From contig PBSY01000018.1 of assembly GCA_002726915.1 (NCBI GenBank), positions 10,391-74,390 on the forward strand: a stretch of DNA of 64,000 nt, in the 5' to 3' direction. This document shows positions 37,104 to 46,780 of the stretch, piece by piece; the stretch's first letter is position 1, and every line of letters begins with the position of its first letter. Both the position numbers and the translations under genes were made by a program. This DNA comes from Verrucomicrobiales bacterium. Lineage in GTDB: Bacteria; Verrucomicrobiota; Verrucomicrobiia; Verrucomicrobiales; DEV007. A model generated the notes under the pieces. The model worked only from the letters and a program-made list of their open reading frames with translations, ran no database searches and was not told the DNA's origin.

Positions 37104-38132
37104 TCAGAGAAGATCGGGCTGATCGCCAGTGGAACTTTCTGGCGGAGTAGCCCCGAGCTTCTGGTAGGCTAAGGGCATCGCCACCCGCCCCCTAGGGGTG
37201 CGCTTGAGGAATCCTTTGAGGATGAGAAACGGCTCGTAGACTTCATTTATGGTGGCTTCGTCTTCGCCGACGGCGACAGCGATGGAGTTAAGTCCAACTG
37301 GGCCGCCGTTGTATTTGTAAATCACGGCGTTCAGGATTCGAGTGTCCATTTCATCGAGGCCATCCTCATCAATTTCAAGCATCGCGAGGGCATCGTGAGC
37401 CACTTCTTTAGTAATCACATTATTAGCGCGAACTTGTGCGTAGTCTCGAACCCAGCGCAGAAGTCCGTTAGCGATTCGAGGGGTGCCACGGCTGCGGGCC
37501 CCAATTTCCAGAGCTCCTTCATCGTCGATGGGAACGGAGAGTAAGGAAGCCGAACGTTTCAGGATGGTGACCAGTTCTTCTGGCGAATAATAATCGAGTC
37601 GATTAGTAATTCCAAAGCGGGAGAGTAAGGGGCGGGTCAGCATGCCTGCCTTGGTCGTAGCACCAACCAGCGTGAATTTGGGAAGATTGAGGGCGATCGA
37701 TCGAGCGTTTGGACCCTGATCGATCATAATGTCCAACTTGTAATCTTCCATCGCGGGGTAGAGATACTCCTCGATGGCTGGGTGAAGGCGATGGATTTCG
37801 TCGATAAAGAGAAAATCCCCATGTTGGATGGTCGTTAAAATTCCAGCCAGATCTCCAGCTTTTTCAATTTGTGGACCGCTCGTTATGTGAATTTCGCTCC
37901 CAAAGGTGCGGCAAAGGATATGGGCCAAAGTGGTCTTACCGAGCCCGGGAGGGCCACATAGGAGGACGTGATCGAGAGCATCTTTTCTCTGTTTGGCGGC
38001 CTCAACCATTAGCATGAGGCGCTCCTTCACCTTCGCTTGACCGCAGAATTCATCGAAATCTGGGGGTCGTAAACTTTGTTCGAAATCGCCGGCGGGCGTG
38101 GCGTCGGGATCGGGCTGTTGGGGATCTGACAC
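37104..38132 (-). CDS. ruvB: Holliday junction branch migration DNA helicase RuvB
   Basis: [12 protein letters not shown], Walker [12 protein letters not shown], Walker [15 protein letters not shown]. Confidence 0.95.
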   Translation of the reverse strand: MSDPQQPDPDATPAGDFEQSLRPPDFDEFCGQAKVKERLMLMVEAAKQRKDALDHVLLCGPPGLGKTTLAHILCRTFGSEIHITSGPQIEKAGDLAGILTTIQHGDFLFIDEIHRLHPAIEEYLYPAMEDYKLDIMIDQGPNARSIALNLPKFTLVGATTKAGMLTRPLLSRFGITNRLDYYSPEELVTILKRSASLLSVPIDDEGALEIGARSRGTPRIANGLLRWVRDYAQVRANNVITKEVAHDALAMLEIDEDGLDEMDTRILNAVIYKYNGGPVGLNSIAVAVGEDEATINEVYEPFLILKGFLKRTPRGRVAMPLAYQKLGATPPESSTGDQPDLL

Positions 38133-38181
38133 GGCTGTTTGGGGGCAGATGGCTGCAATTCCTCGGTAAACGCTAAAAAAC

Positions 38182-38195
38182 TTTGTATTTACAAA
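38182..38195. promoter_or_regulatory. perfect palindrome TTTGTA-TT-TACAAA in the ruvB/bamA divergent spacer
   Basis: Read directly. 6-bp arms and a 2-nt spacer, embedded in an AT-rich stretch about 50 nt upstream of the ruvB start. Confidence 0.25.
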
Positions 38196-38440
38196 TATTT
38201 AAGGTAACCTGATAATTATAAAAGTCGATATGTTTCCGTCGCAGAAATATGCTTTTCATATAAACGATTGCGAAGGGCCAATTTTGGCCGTTTGTTTACA
38301 TAGGTTTTAACCGGGCCGTCGCATTCTGGCGGGCAAATTCCGGCTTGACCTGACGCTAGATTCCCTTATCTAAACAGGCTTCTCCCGGAGCCGTTCTTGA
38401 ACCGAACAGATTCTCTCCGTTACCGGAACACACACAGCTC

Positions 38441-40753
38441 ATGAACCTTTTCAGACGCATTCTTACGCACCGACATGGTCGGTTCGCCGCGATATTGACG
38501 GCCGGCTTGGTCCTCTCGTCTCTTCTCTCGATAAACGCAGAGGCGCAGGAGGGCAAAACAGTGAAGTCTGTTGACGTCCAGTATGTTGGTTACCAGACAG
38601 TTTCGAAAGCACGAATCCTTTCCAGCACGTCGTCTCAAGTTGGCGATAAGCTCTCTCTATCAGCGGTGGATGAGGATGTTAAAAATCTCTACAAGAGTGG
38701 GGACGTTGAGAACGTGAAAGTTCTTGCTAACGAAGTTGGCGGTGGCATCGAGTTGATCTTTGTCGTGCAGACCCGGGCCGTTTATGGTGGGTCGCAGTTT
38801 ACCGGAAATACGGTAGTCGATACCAGCAAGTTGAAGCGCCAGGTTGATCTTACGGTCAACGACCCTATCGACGAAGAACTTCTAAAGACTGCCCGTCAGG
38901 ACATCCAGAAACTCTATCGCAAGAAGGGCTTCTCAGAAGCAACAGTGTCCTATCGTATTGGCGCACCAACAGCTGAGGGATACTCAACGGTGGTTTTTGC
39001 CATCGATGAGGGGATCCAAGGAGTCATTAGGAATGTCGAGTTTGTAGGGAATACGGCTTTTGCCTCTGCCCGCCTCAAGGATCAAATGACTCAGAAAGAA
39101 AAGGGTCTCAGGTCGATCTTCGGCGAGGCTGGCGCAGTGGATGCCGAAACTCTGGCGCAGGACGTCCGCGCCATCGAAGATTTCTACCGCGACAATGGTT
39201 ACCTCAACGCCAAGGTGACCAATGTGTCCCGACTGCGCGCCGATGCCAAATATGTTGATGTTATCATGACCATCGAAGAGGGTGATACTTACCTAGTCGA
39301 GAGTCTCGTCGTTAACGGAGTATCTGCTCTTTCGATGCAGGATGACATCGTTCCTTACCTGCGAACAAAAGCGGGTGACAAGTTCGCCGGTGGTTCTTTG
39401 AAGTCGGATATCAAGTTGATCGTTGACCAATATGGCAGTCGTGGTTACGCCGACGCTCGAGTGGTTCCTCGCCTCGAGGACGCGGGGAACGGCGCGGTTA
39501 AGGTGGTGATCAATATCAGCGAGGGAAGGTCCTACCGTATTGGTCAGATCAACATTGAAGGTAATGACAAGACGAAGGATCACGTGATTCGCCGCGAGCT
39601 TCCGCTGGAGCCTGGTCAGCCCTTCGATACCACAAAAACCGAGGTGACTCAGCGTCGTCTCGAAAACATGAACTACTTCGCGAATGTTGAGCTCTTGCCG
39701 CTCGATGCCAGCTACTTGGACGAGAAAGATCTTCTCATCCGTGTGGTTGAAAAACCCACTGGTTCGATCAATTTTGGTGCTGGCTTTAGCTCAATTGACA
39801 GTCTTACCGGTTTTTTCGAGGTGACTCAGAGCAACTTTGACCTCTTTGACCCCTGGAAATTCTCCGGTGGTGGCCAGCGATTTCGCTTCAGTGCTCGCGC
39901 TGGAAGTGAGCGACAGGACTACAGTATCGCCATTACTGAACCGTGGGCTTTTGGCCGTCCTATCGCACTGACGGCCGAGGCTTACTACCGAGATCTTCTC
40001 TTTGTTAGTGATCAGTACGACCAAACCGATATAGGTGCTGCGATTTCACTGAGGAAGTCTGTCGGAGAATTCACTTATGCATCCGTTGAGTTCCGCGGCG
40101 AAAACATAGAAATTACGCCTGAGTCCAATGCCTCACCTGCTTTCCTGAATGAAAAAGGCGATTTCATGAAGAGTTCAGTCGGTCTTACCATCGTACGCGA
40201 CACCCGTGACAACGTCTTCTTGCCACGCCTTGGTTCAAAGGTGTCTGCAGGGTTCGAATTCGTCGGCCTTGGTGGTGACATCGACGACAACATCTTCACG
40301 CTACAGGGCTCGAAATACTTCAACCTACCCTACGATGCGATTGTGAGCTTCATTGGGCGCTATCAGCATTCGTCGAATGGTGATCATCTCTTTACTCGTC
40401 ACTTCCTTGGTGGTGCCAATAATCTGCGTGGCTTCGATTTTCGTGATGTTGGACCTCGGGATCAGGTTAGCGGTGAGTCGCTTGGCGGCAACGAGGCTTG
40501 GTATGGGACGGCCGAACTTACCCTACCTATCGTGGAGAAAATCCGAGGCGCTCTTTTCTACGACATCGGTGAAGTTAGCGGCGGGCCTACTGGTAGCGTG
40601 GGCGGTGGCATCAATTCTGACTGGGGCGTGGGTGTCCGCATGTTTATTCTTGGCAGCGCTCCGGTTCGATTGGACTATGCGTTCCCACTTCAGGCTGACG
40701 CCTTTAACGATGAGGGCGGACGCTTCCAATTCACCATGGGTGCCCAGTTCTAA
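38441..40753 (+). CDS. bamA: outer membrane protein assembly factor BamA
   Basis: Signal peptide, POTRA-like repeats (V.F.GN...), a C-terminal beta-barrel, and a terminal ...FTMGAQF. Confidence 0.93.
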   Translation: MNLFRRILTHRHGRFAAILTAGLVLSSLLSINAEAQEGKTVKSVDVQYVGYQTVSKARILSSTSSQVGDKLSLSAVDEDVKNLYKSGDVENVKVLANEVGGGIELIFVVQTRAVYGGSQFTGNTVVDTSKLKRQVDLTVNDPIDEELLKTARQDIQKLYRKKGFSEATVSYRIGAPTAEGYSTVVFAIDEGIQGVIRNVEFVGNTAFASARLKDQMTQKEKGLRSIFGEAGAVDAETLAQDVRAIEDFYRDNGYLNAKVTNVSRLRADAKYVDVIMTIEEGDTYLVESLVVNGVSALSMQDDIVPYLRTKAGDKFAGGSLKSDIKLIVDQYGSRGYADARVVPRLEDAGNGAVKVVINISEGRSYRIGQINIEGNDKTKDHVIRRELPLEPGQPFDTTKTEVTQRRLENMNYFANVELLPLDASYLDEKDLLIRVVEKPTGSINFGAGFSSIDSLTGFFEVTQSNFDLFDPWKFSGGGQRFRFSARAGSERQDYSIAITEPWAFGRPIALTAEAYYRDLLFVSDQYDQTDIGAAISLRKSVGEFTYASVEFRGENIEITPESNASPAFLNEKGDFMKSSVGLTIVRDTRDNVFLPRLGSKVSAGFEFVGLGGDIDDNIFTLQGSKYFNLPYDAIVSFIGRYQHSSNGDHLFTRHFLGGANNLRGFDFRDVGPRDQVSGESLGGNEAWYGTAELTLPIVEKIRGALFYDIGEVSGGPTGSVGGGINSDWGVGVRMFILGSAPVRLDYAFPLQADAFNDEGGRFQFTMGAQF

Positions 40754-40867
40754 TCCCACAGATTCCGGAATTTTTCTAAGAAAACCGTTCTTAGGCCCGT
40801 CTCTTGTAGGGTTGTCCGACGCTAACGCCTGCTCTCAATTTCTACAAATCTCTACACAACATCTAAA

Positions 40868-41473
40868 ATGAAGTACAACTTGCCATCCTTTCTTTGTGCT
40901 ATCGCCATCTCTGCATGCGTCTCAGGTCTCACTGCTTCAGCTCAGAACCTCAAAATCGCTGTGGTCGACATGCAGGAGGCACTGAACAAATATTACAAAA
41001 CTGACATCGAGGTTGGAAAGATCAACACGATGGCCGACGAGAAACGCAAGAGCCTCGATGGTTACCAGGCTGCGTATCAGCAGATGACTAACAAAATGAC
41101 TGAGCTTGATAAAACAGCTCGCGACACTCTGCTGGATGAAAGTGTGCGTAAAGATGCGCTTGAGCAACTCCAGGCTCTCGCTCAGGAACGTGCTGTTAAG
41201 GGCCAGGAGATTGGAGATGCCCAGCGTAAGGCTTCTGCCGAAGTAATGCAGGCTCGCACCGAGATGGAAGAAACTCTCGTCGCTGAAATTAAAGAAAAAC
41301 TCGATGCAGTGGTAACGGCCCAAGGGCTCGACCTCGTCTTTGATAAGTCCTTCCTTCCTAAAGCGAATAAGGCAATCGTCCACACGTCGGAGAACGTGTT
41401 GGATCTTACCGAAAAAGTGATTTCTGAACTTAACGCCTCGGCCCCTGCAACTACGACGACTTCCTCGCCTTGA
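40868..41473 (+). CDS. skp: OmpH/Skp family periplasmic chaperone
   Basis: Signal peptide, then a KIAVVDMQEAL start and a long coiled-coil. Position between bamA and lpxD. Confidence 0.85.
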   Translation: MKYNLPSFLCAIAISACVSGLTASAQNLKIAVVDMQEALNKYYKTDIEVGKINTMADEKRKSLDGYQAAYQQMTNKMTELDKTARDTLLDESVRKDALEQLQALAQERAVKGQEIGDAQRKASAEVMQARTEMEETLVAEIKEKLDAVVTAQGLDLVFDKSFLPKANKAIVHTSENVLDLTEKVISELNASAPATTTTSSP

Positions 41474-41505
41474 TTAAGGGCTACTTGAGAGCTCGTGAAT
41501 TTTAG

Positions 41506-41532
41506 AGCGGCGGTCTTCCCGCCGCTTTTTTG
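41506..41532 (+). terminator. rho-independent terminator after skp
   Basis: AGCGGCGG (41506-13), TCTTC loop, CCGCCGCT (41519-26), then a T-run. Confidence 0.8.
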
Positions 41533-41555
41533 TGTCCACCTCAATTGAAGAATCG

Positions 41556-42584
41556 ATGAAAACGACAGTTACCGAAATTATGAGCTTGGTAGGAGGTACC
41601 CTACTGCGAGGGAATCCAGCGGCAGTGCTCACAAGTTTCGCTTCTTTGGATCAGGCCGATGAGAGTTGCGTCAGCTTTTTTGGCAATGCCAAATACCTTG
41701 ATCAGTTGCAGGAGACGCGAGCCGGACTCGTGCTTGTTCCTGTTGAAGAGGCACCAGCACCTGACTCCACAGCGGTGGTTCTTGTCGACAATCCGGTGGT
41801 TGCCTTTGATACGATTGTCCGTGAATACGGCGTCAGGCCACCAGAATTTATGCCAGGGATCCACGAATCTGCCTCGGTGGCTTGCGATGCCACGGTAAAT
41901 GAATCAGAGGTTAGCGTTCTGGCGAATGCGACCGTTTCTGCTGGTGCTGTAATTGGGAAGGGAAGCCGAATTGGCTCTGGCGCCGTCATCTGTGAAGGGG
42001 CAACCGTAGGGGAGGATTGCGAGATTGGTCCCAATGTGACCATCCGTGAGGGTTGTATTATTGGGGACCGCGTCACCCTGCACCCCGGGGTGGTAATCGG
42101 TGCTGATGGATTTGGATTTGAATTTATCGAGGGCCGACACCAGAAGATTGAGCAGCTAGGAATCGTCCGTGTAGAAAATGATGTGGAGATCGGGGCCTCG
42201 ACAACGGTTGATCGCGCCCGCTTTGGAGAAACGATAATCGGTGAGGGGACTAAGATTGATAATCAAGTGCAGATTGGGCACAACGTTACCATTGGTCAAC
42301 ATTGTATCATCGTGGCTCAGACAGGCATTTCCGGTAGTAGTCGAATCGGTAACTATGTCACTCTCGCAGCCCAGTGTGGTGTGGCCGGTCACCTTGATAT
42401 TGCGGATCATGTCACCTTTGGAGGCCGATCTGGGGTGATCCAGTCGATCGCTGAACCTGGAGGAACCTATTTTGGCTATCCAGCACGTCCGCTAAAAGAG
42501 GACCGACGCGAACGCATGCGGATCAAGCAACTTGGAGGACTCTTAAAGCGAGTTAAGACGCTCGAGAAGAAGATCGACTCCTAG
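41556..42584 (+). CDS. lpxD: UDP-3-O-(3-hydroxymyristoyl)glucosamine N-acyltransferase
   Basis: Extended left-handed beta-helix hexapeptide repeats and [13 protein letters not shown] at 41556 preferred over GTG at 41532, which lies inside the terminator. Confidence 0.92.
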   Translation: MKTTVTEIMSLVGGTLLRGNPAAVLTSFASLDQADESCVSFFGNAKYLDQLQETRAGLVLVPVEEAPAPDSTAVVLVDNPVVAFDTIVREYGVRPPEFMPGIHESASVACDATVNESEVSVLANATVSAGAVIGKGSRIGSGAVICEGATVGEDCEIGPNVTIREGCIIGDRVTLHPGVVIGADGFGFEFIEGRHQKIEQLGIVRVENDVEIGASTTVDRARFGETIIGEGTKIDNQVQIGHNVTIGQHCIIVAQTGISGSSRIGNYVTLAAQCGVAGHLDIADHVTFGGRSGVIQSIAEPGGTYFGYPARPLKEDRRERMRIKQLGGLLKRVKTLEKKIDS

Positions 42585-42587
42585 CAG

Positions 42588-43949
42588 TCACTCAAGGTCG
42601 ATTTTCTGTCCGGGCTTTGGAACGACGATCCGAGCATGAGGAAGGCGTTCGCTCAGTTCCTGATGGAACCAAGATTTTGCCGAAGTATCTCCGTGAACTA
42701 AGATTACATTGTCAGGATTACAAGATACTGCGTAGTCAGCGATCTGGTTTGGAGGCGCGTGACCACTGAAGTCAAAGCGATGCACTTCGCATTGGATAGC
42801 TGTCTCGTGTTCCCGGTTCCCATCGATTTGTACTCTGCCTCCCTGACCTGCCTCGAGGATTTTTCCTCCGGGAGTCGCTTCATCCGCGTAGCCAACGAAG
42901 ATAATGGCATGCTCCGATGATTTAAGGATATGACGTGAAAAACGGTTTGAAACCGTGTTTTCAGACATCATCCCGCTGGATAGGGCGTAAATACGACCGG
43001 GGTGAAAATCTGGTTCTCGGTGGCCTCTTGGCAGGATTTGGAGATCTTCAAAATCCTCAAGTATTCGAAAGCCGCGATGGAAACGGCGCGGAGACTCACG
43101 AAAAAGATCTGCGATCTGGGTCATTCGGGTGCTCAGACCTCCTATGTGCACCGGCACGACTGGGATAATCTCCTCCTCACGCAACTCGTGCAGCATCATC
43201 AGCAGTTCCTGAGTTTTACCAAACGCGAAAACCGGAATGAGGACAGATCCGTTCCGCTCGAGGACCTTCGCGATCGTCTCGCCAAGACGCCGCTTCTCCT
43301 TTTCCCGGGTGTAGCTTTCAGGACGAGGGTTATTTCCGCGAGTGGTTTCGATGATGAGAGTGTCTAATTTTTCAGTGGGAAACTGTGCCGCTGTAGTGAC
43401 CGTCTGATCTTCAAAGTGGACGTCGCCGGTATAAAATACGTTTTTCCCTTCCCACGCTAATCGAATTCCTACAGCGCCCTGAACATGACCGGCATGAAAG
43501 AACTCACAATCAACCCGGTCGTCATGACCGACGGCAAAGGTTTCACCAACGCTTCGAGAGAACCAAAAGCGTTCGAGTTCATCGACTTTTTTGTGGGAGT
43601 AGAGTGGATACCCGGAGACGCCAAGTTCACGCTTCTGTGACTTCATCACATTAACAGAGTTATGGAGGAGTGCCTCACCACTTTCACGAGTTTCCTTGGT
43701 CATTGCGACCGCCGCATGCGGCTGTTGTTCCATCAGGCAGGGAAGCGCTCCAATGTGATCCAGATGAGGATGTGTCACGAAAATGGCATCCACGGAGTCG
43801 AACTCGATTTCCTCGAACAAAGGAAGGCACTCTCGCCCGACGTGTTTTGGGTGGGTTCCGGCGTCCAATACGATTCGAGTTGAACCTAGCTCAAGCAGGC
43901 AAGAATTAGATCCGATATCGGGATAGCGTGCAAGATGTTGGAAACGCAT
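42588..43949 (-). CDS. MBL-fold metallo-hydrolase, beta-CASP (RNA-metabolising) family
   Basis: HPHLDHIGALP motif and C-terminal VHGD. ATG at 43949 avoids overlap with tadA; the ORF-track start is 43982. Confidence 0.8.
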   Translation of the reverse strand: MRFQHLARYPDIGSNSCLLELGSTRIVLDAGTHPKHVGRECLPLFEEIEFDSVDAIFVTHPHLDHIGALPCLMEQQPHAAVAMTKETRESGEALLHNSVNVMKSQKRELGVSGYPLYSHKKVDELERFWFSRSVGETFAVGHDDRVDCEFFHAGHVQGAVGIRLAWEGKNVFYTGDVHFEDQTVTTAAQFPTEKLDTLIIETTRGNNPRPESYTREKEKRRLGETIAKVLERNGSVLIPVFAFGKTQELLMMLHELREEEIIPVVPVHIGGLSTRMTQIADLFRESPRRFHRGFRILEDFEDLQILPRGHREPDFHPGRIYALSSGMMSENTVSNRFSRHILKSSEHAIIFVGYADEATPGGKILEAGQGGRVQIDGNREHETAIQCEVHRFDFSGHAPPNQIADYAVSCNPDNVILVHGDTSAKSWFHQELSERLPHARIVVPKPGQKIDLE

Positions 43950-43959
43950 AGTGATACGA

Positions 43960-44529
43960 TTATGTTGAGTTGGATTCTCCACCCTGACCAGTTATCTTTT
44001 TGGTTCGCGCTTCGAGGAAAAATGATTTTAGGAGATACTTTGACTCTTCCTGAAGAACTCCTGGAGTGACTTCGCTGAAGTGATTTAAAGTGGGTTGCTG
44101 GAGAAGATTGATAAAACCACCGGCAGCTCCGCCGTTTGCATCACCACAACCAAAGATAACTCGTCGAATTCGGCAGTGTACGATGGCGCCGGCACACATT
44201 GGGCAGGGTTCTTTGGTGACATAGAGATCACAATCGGTGAGTCGCCAGTCACCCAAGGCCTCCTGCGCTTGAGTTAAGGCCAACATCTCGGCGTGGGCTG
44301 TCGCATCCTTGAGTGTTTCTACTTGGTTATGCGAGCGGGCAATAATAGAGCCATTCTGAACGATGATTGCACCGACCGGAACTTCTCCCGCAAGGTATGC
44401 CTTCTGGGCTTGCCGCATCGCCTGCCCCATCAGGAAAGTATCACTGGCCAGATCGATTAATCCCGAATCTTCTTCTGAGGAGAGAGCCGAATCATCGTTT
44501 TCGGGTATCTCATGAATTTCGCTAACCAT
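43960..44529 (-). CDS. tadA: tRNA adenosine(34) deaminase
   Basis: HAEMLAL and PCPMCAGA zinc motifs. ATG at 44529 preferred, because the longer ORF would overlap rpe. Confidence 0.88.
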   Translation of the reverse strand: MVSEIHEIPENDDSALSSEEDSGLIDLASDTFLMGQAMRQAQKAYLAGEVPVGAIIVQNGSIIARSHNQVETLKDATAHAEMLALTQAQEALGDWRLTDCDLYVTKEPCPMCAGAIVHCRIRRVIFGCGDANGGAAGGFINLLQQPTLNHFSEVTPGVLQEESKYLLKSFFLEARTKKITGQGGESNST

Positions 44530-44590
44530 AATGAAGAAGTTGGGACAAAAGTTTTGCGGTTGTGTGAAAGAGTGAAGATAATGCCTGACA

Positions 44591-45253
44591 ATGAGCGACT
44601 GCAACACCCGAATCATCGCCCCGTCGGTTTTGGCATCCGATTGGGCTATGCTGAAAAGCGAAATTGAGCGTGCCAATCAGTCTGGTGCTGATTGGATTCA
44701 CCTTGATGTGATGGACGGACTCTTCGTCGAGAACATCTCATTTGGCCCGCAATTCGTCGGAGCGGTTCGTCCACATACGGAACTGACGCTGGATGTGCAT
44801 CTCATGATCACTCACCCTGACAGGTATATTTCCCAGTTTGTAAAAGCGGGATCAGATCGGATTACTGTGCACGTCGAAGCAGAACACGATATTGCGGCAA
44901 CCTTGCAAGCTATTCGTGACTTTGGCAAGCAGTGTGGTTTGGCGCTTAATCCAGCGACGCCGTTTGACGCGGTAGTTCCTTATCTGGATCAGATTGATCT
45001 TCTCCTCGTTATGACTGTGGTGCCCGGATTTGGTGGTCAGTCGTTCATGGAAGAAGAAGCAATGCCTAAGGTTTGTGCTGCGCGGAACTATCGTGAGGAG
45101 CATGGGCTTTCGTATCACATTGAAGTGGATGGCGGTATCGAACAGGAAACTGTCCATATTGCCGGCGAAAATGGTGCCAATGTTATGGTAGCTGGAACTT
45201 CTTTGTTTGGAGCTGAAGATATGGCGGGTGCGATTACCGCAATGAGAGGCTGA
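44591..45253 (+). CDS. rpe: ribulose-phosphate 3-epimerase
   Basis: IAPSVLASD, HLDVMDG, MTVVPGFGGQ. Confidence 0.95.
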   Translation: MSDCNTRIIAPSVLASDWAMLKSEIERANQSGADWIHLDVMDGLFVENISFGPQFVGAVRPHTELTLDVHLMITHPDRYISQFVKAGSDRITVHVEAEHDIAATLQAIRDFGKQCGLALNPATPFDAVVPYLDQIDLLLVMTVVPGFGGQSFMEEEAMPKVCAARNYREEHGLSYHIEVDGGIEQETVHIAGENGANVMVAGTSLFGAEDMAGAITAMRG

Positions 45254-45267
45254 AGGGTTTTGAATTG

Positions 45268-46596
45268 ATGTCCGACAAAGTTTACAGCGTATCCGATATA
45301 ACCGCCGACATCCGCGAGAGTCTTGAGGACCGGTTTAATGGCGTGTGGATCGAAGGCGAAATTAGCAATCATCGATTTCCTGCTTCGGGGCATCACTACT
45401 TCACTTTGAAAGACGGAGGGGCCCAACTCTCATGCGTTCTATTTCGGGGAGCGGCCATGAAAAGCCGAATCCCTCTTTCAGATGGAATGCAGGTTCAAGC
45501 ATACGGGAATGTCTCCGTCTATGAAGCGCGTGGGCAGTATCAACTCATTGCGCAGGTCATACAGCCGAAGGGTTTTGGCGATTTGCAGGCAAAGTTTGAG
45601 GCCCTGAAACAGAAGTTGGAGGCAGAGGGACTATTTGATCCCATCCGGAAAAAACGAATTCCATTTTTTCCGCAACGAATCGGCATTGTCACTTCGCCAA
45701 CCGGTGCCGCTATTCAAGACATGATCAATGTGTTGGGTCGACGTGCGCCATGGGTGGAGGTGATGATTCAACCTGTGAGGGTTCAGGGAGAAGGGGCGGC
45801 CGAAGAGATTGCGGCAGGGGTTCGTTCCTTTGAGAGCGGCGATGGAATCCCACGCCCAGATTTGATTATTGTCGCGAGGGGTGGTGGCAGTATCGAAGAC
45901 CTCTGGTCATTCAATGAGGAAGTAGTGGCGCGGGCGATCGCTGAAGCCACTATCCCAGTGATGTCGGGAGTAGGACATGAAATCGATTTTACGATAGCGG
46001 ATTTAGCAGCCGACCGACGGGAGCCGACCCCCAGTGCGGCAGCAGAAAATGCCACTCCGGATGGAGAACCCCTAAAGAATCACTTGAATCATATGCAAGC
46101 TTTGCTGAGCGGGAGAGTCGAAGGACGACTCGAAAGCCTTTCTCATCAGTCGAGCGCTTTGCAGCGCGAATTGCAGGCAAGGGAGCCCGGAAGAAGAATT
46201 CAGAACTGGGCTCAATCACTCGATTATCTTGCCGATAGGCTGGAGAATGCTTCAGATGTAAAACTTCAGACCGGCAACGCATCACTCGATAGCGTGAGGC
46301 GGCTTCTCGAGACCATTCAACCTGATAAGGTGATTGATCGTGGATCGGAGCGCCTCGATTTGCTGCGTGAGCATTTTGACGCGCTCGTGGAGGGCCGAAT
46401 TAGTGAAGCGTGCAGTGAGTTGGAGCATTGCGGTGAATTGATGCGTTCTTTGAGCCCAGAAGCAGTCCTGAGCCGCGGTTTTTCGATGACAATGGACTCA
46501 GAGGGTAAACTGGTGACGGAAGCTGAAAAGGTCTCCAGTGGTGACCGTCTCAAGACTCGCTTTGCGGATGGGGACGTCACTAGCGTAGTTGAGTGA
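45268..46596 (+). CDS. xseA: exodeoxyribonuclease VII large subunit
   Basis: N-terminal OB fold (VWIEGEISN...SGHHYFTLKD), GIVTSPTGAA, ARGGGS. Confidence 0.92.
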   Translation: MSDKVYSVSDITADIRESLEDRFNGVWIEGEISNHRFPASGHHYFTLKDGGAQLSCVLFRGAAMKSRIPLSDGMQVQAYGNVSVYEARGQYQLIAQVIQPKGFGDLQAKFEALKQKLEAEGLFDPIRKKRIPFFPQRIGIVTSPTGAAIQDMINVLGRRAPWVEVMIQPVRVQGEGAAEEIAAGVRSFESGDGIPRPDLIIVARGGGSIEDLWSFNEEVVARAIAEATIPVMSGVGHEIDFTIADLAADRREPTPSAAAENATPDGEPLKNHLNHMQALLSGRVEGRLESLSHQSSALQRELQAREPGRRIQNWAQSLDYLADRLENASDVKLQTGNASLDSVRRLLETIQPDKVIDRGSERLDLLREHFDALVEGRISEACSELEHCGELMRSLSPEAVLSRGFSMTMDSEGKLVTEAEKVSSGDRLKTRFADGDVTSVVE

Positions 46597-46780
46597 GCTT
46601 CAAGAGTTTTCAAACTTTCCGTAAATGCGGGGCAGATTGTGGTGTTCTTCTGTTGAGGGCGTCGCCGCTATGGAGTAAAAGAACCCTTGTCTGATGCGAT
46701 TTTCGAAAAAATCGGAACCGATTGGTTGCCTGCGGGGTTGATACCAATTCTACTAAGTGATTACGGGCATAAACACACGA

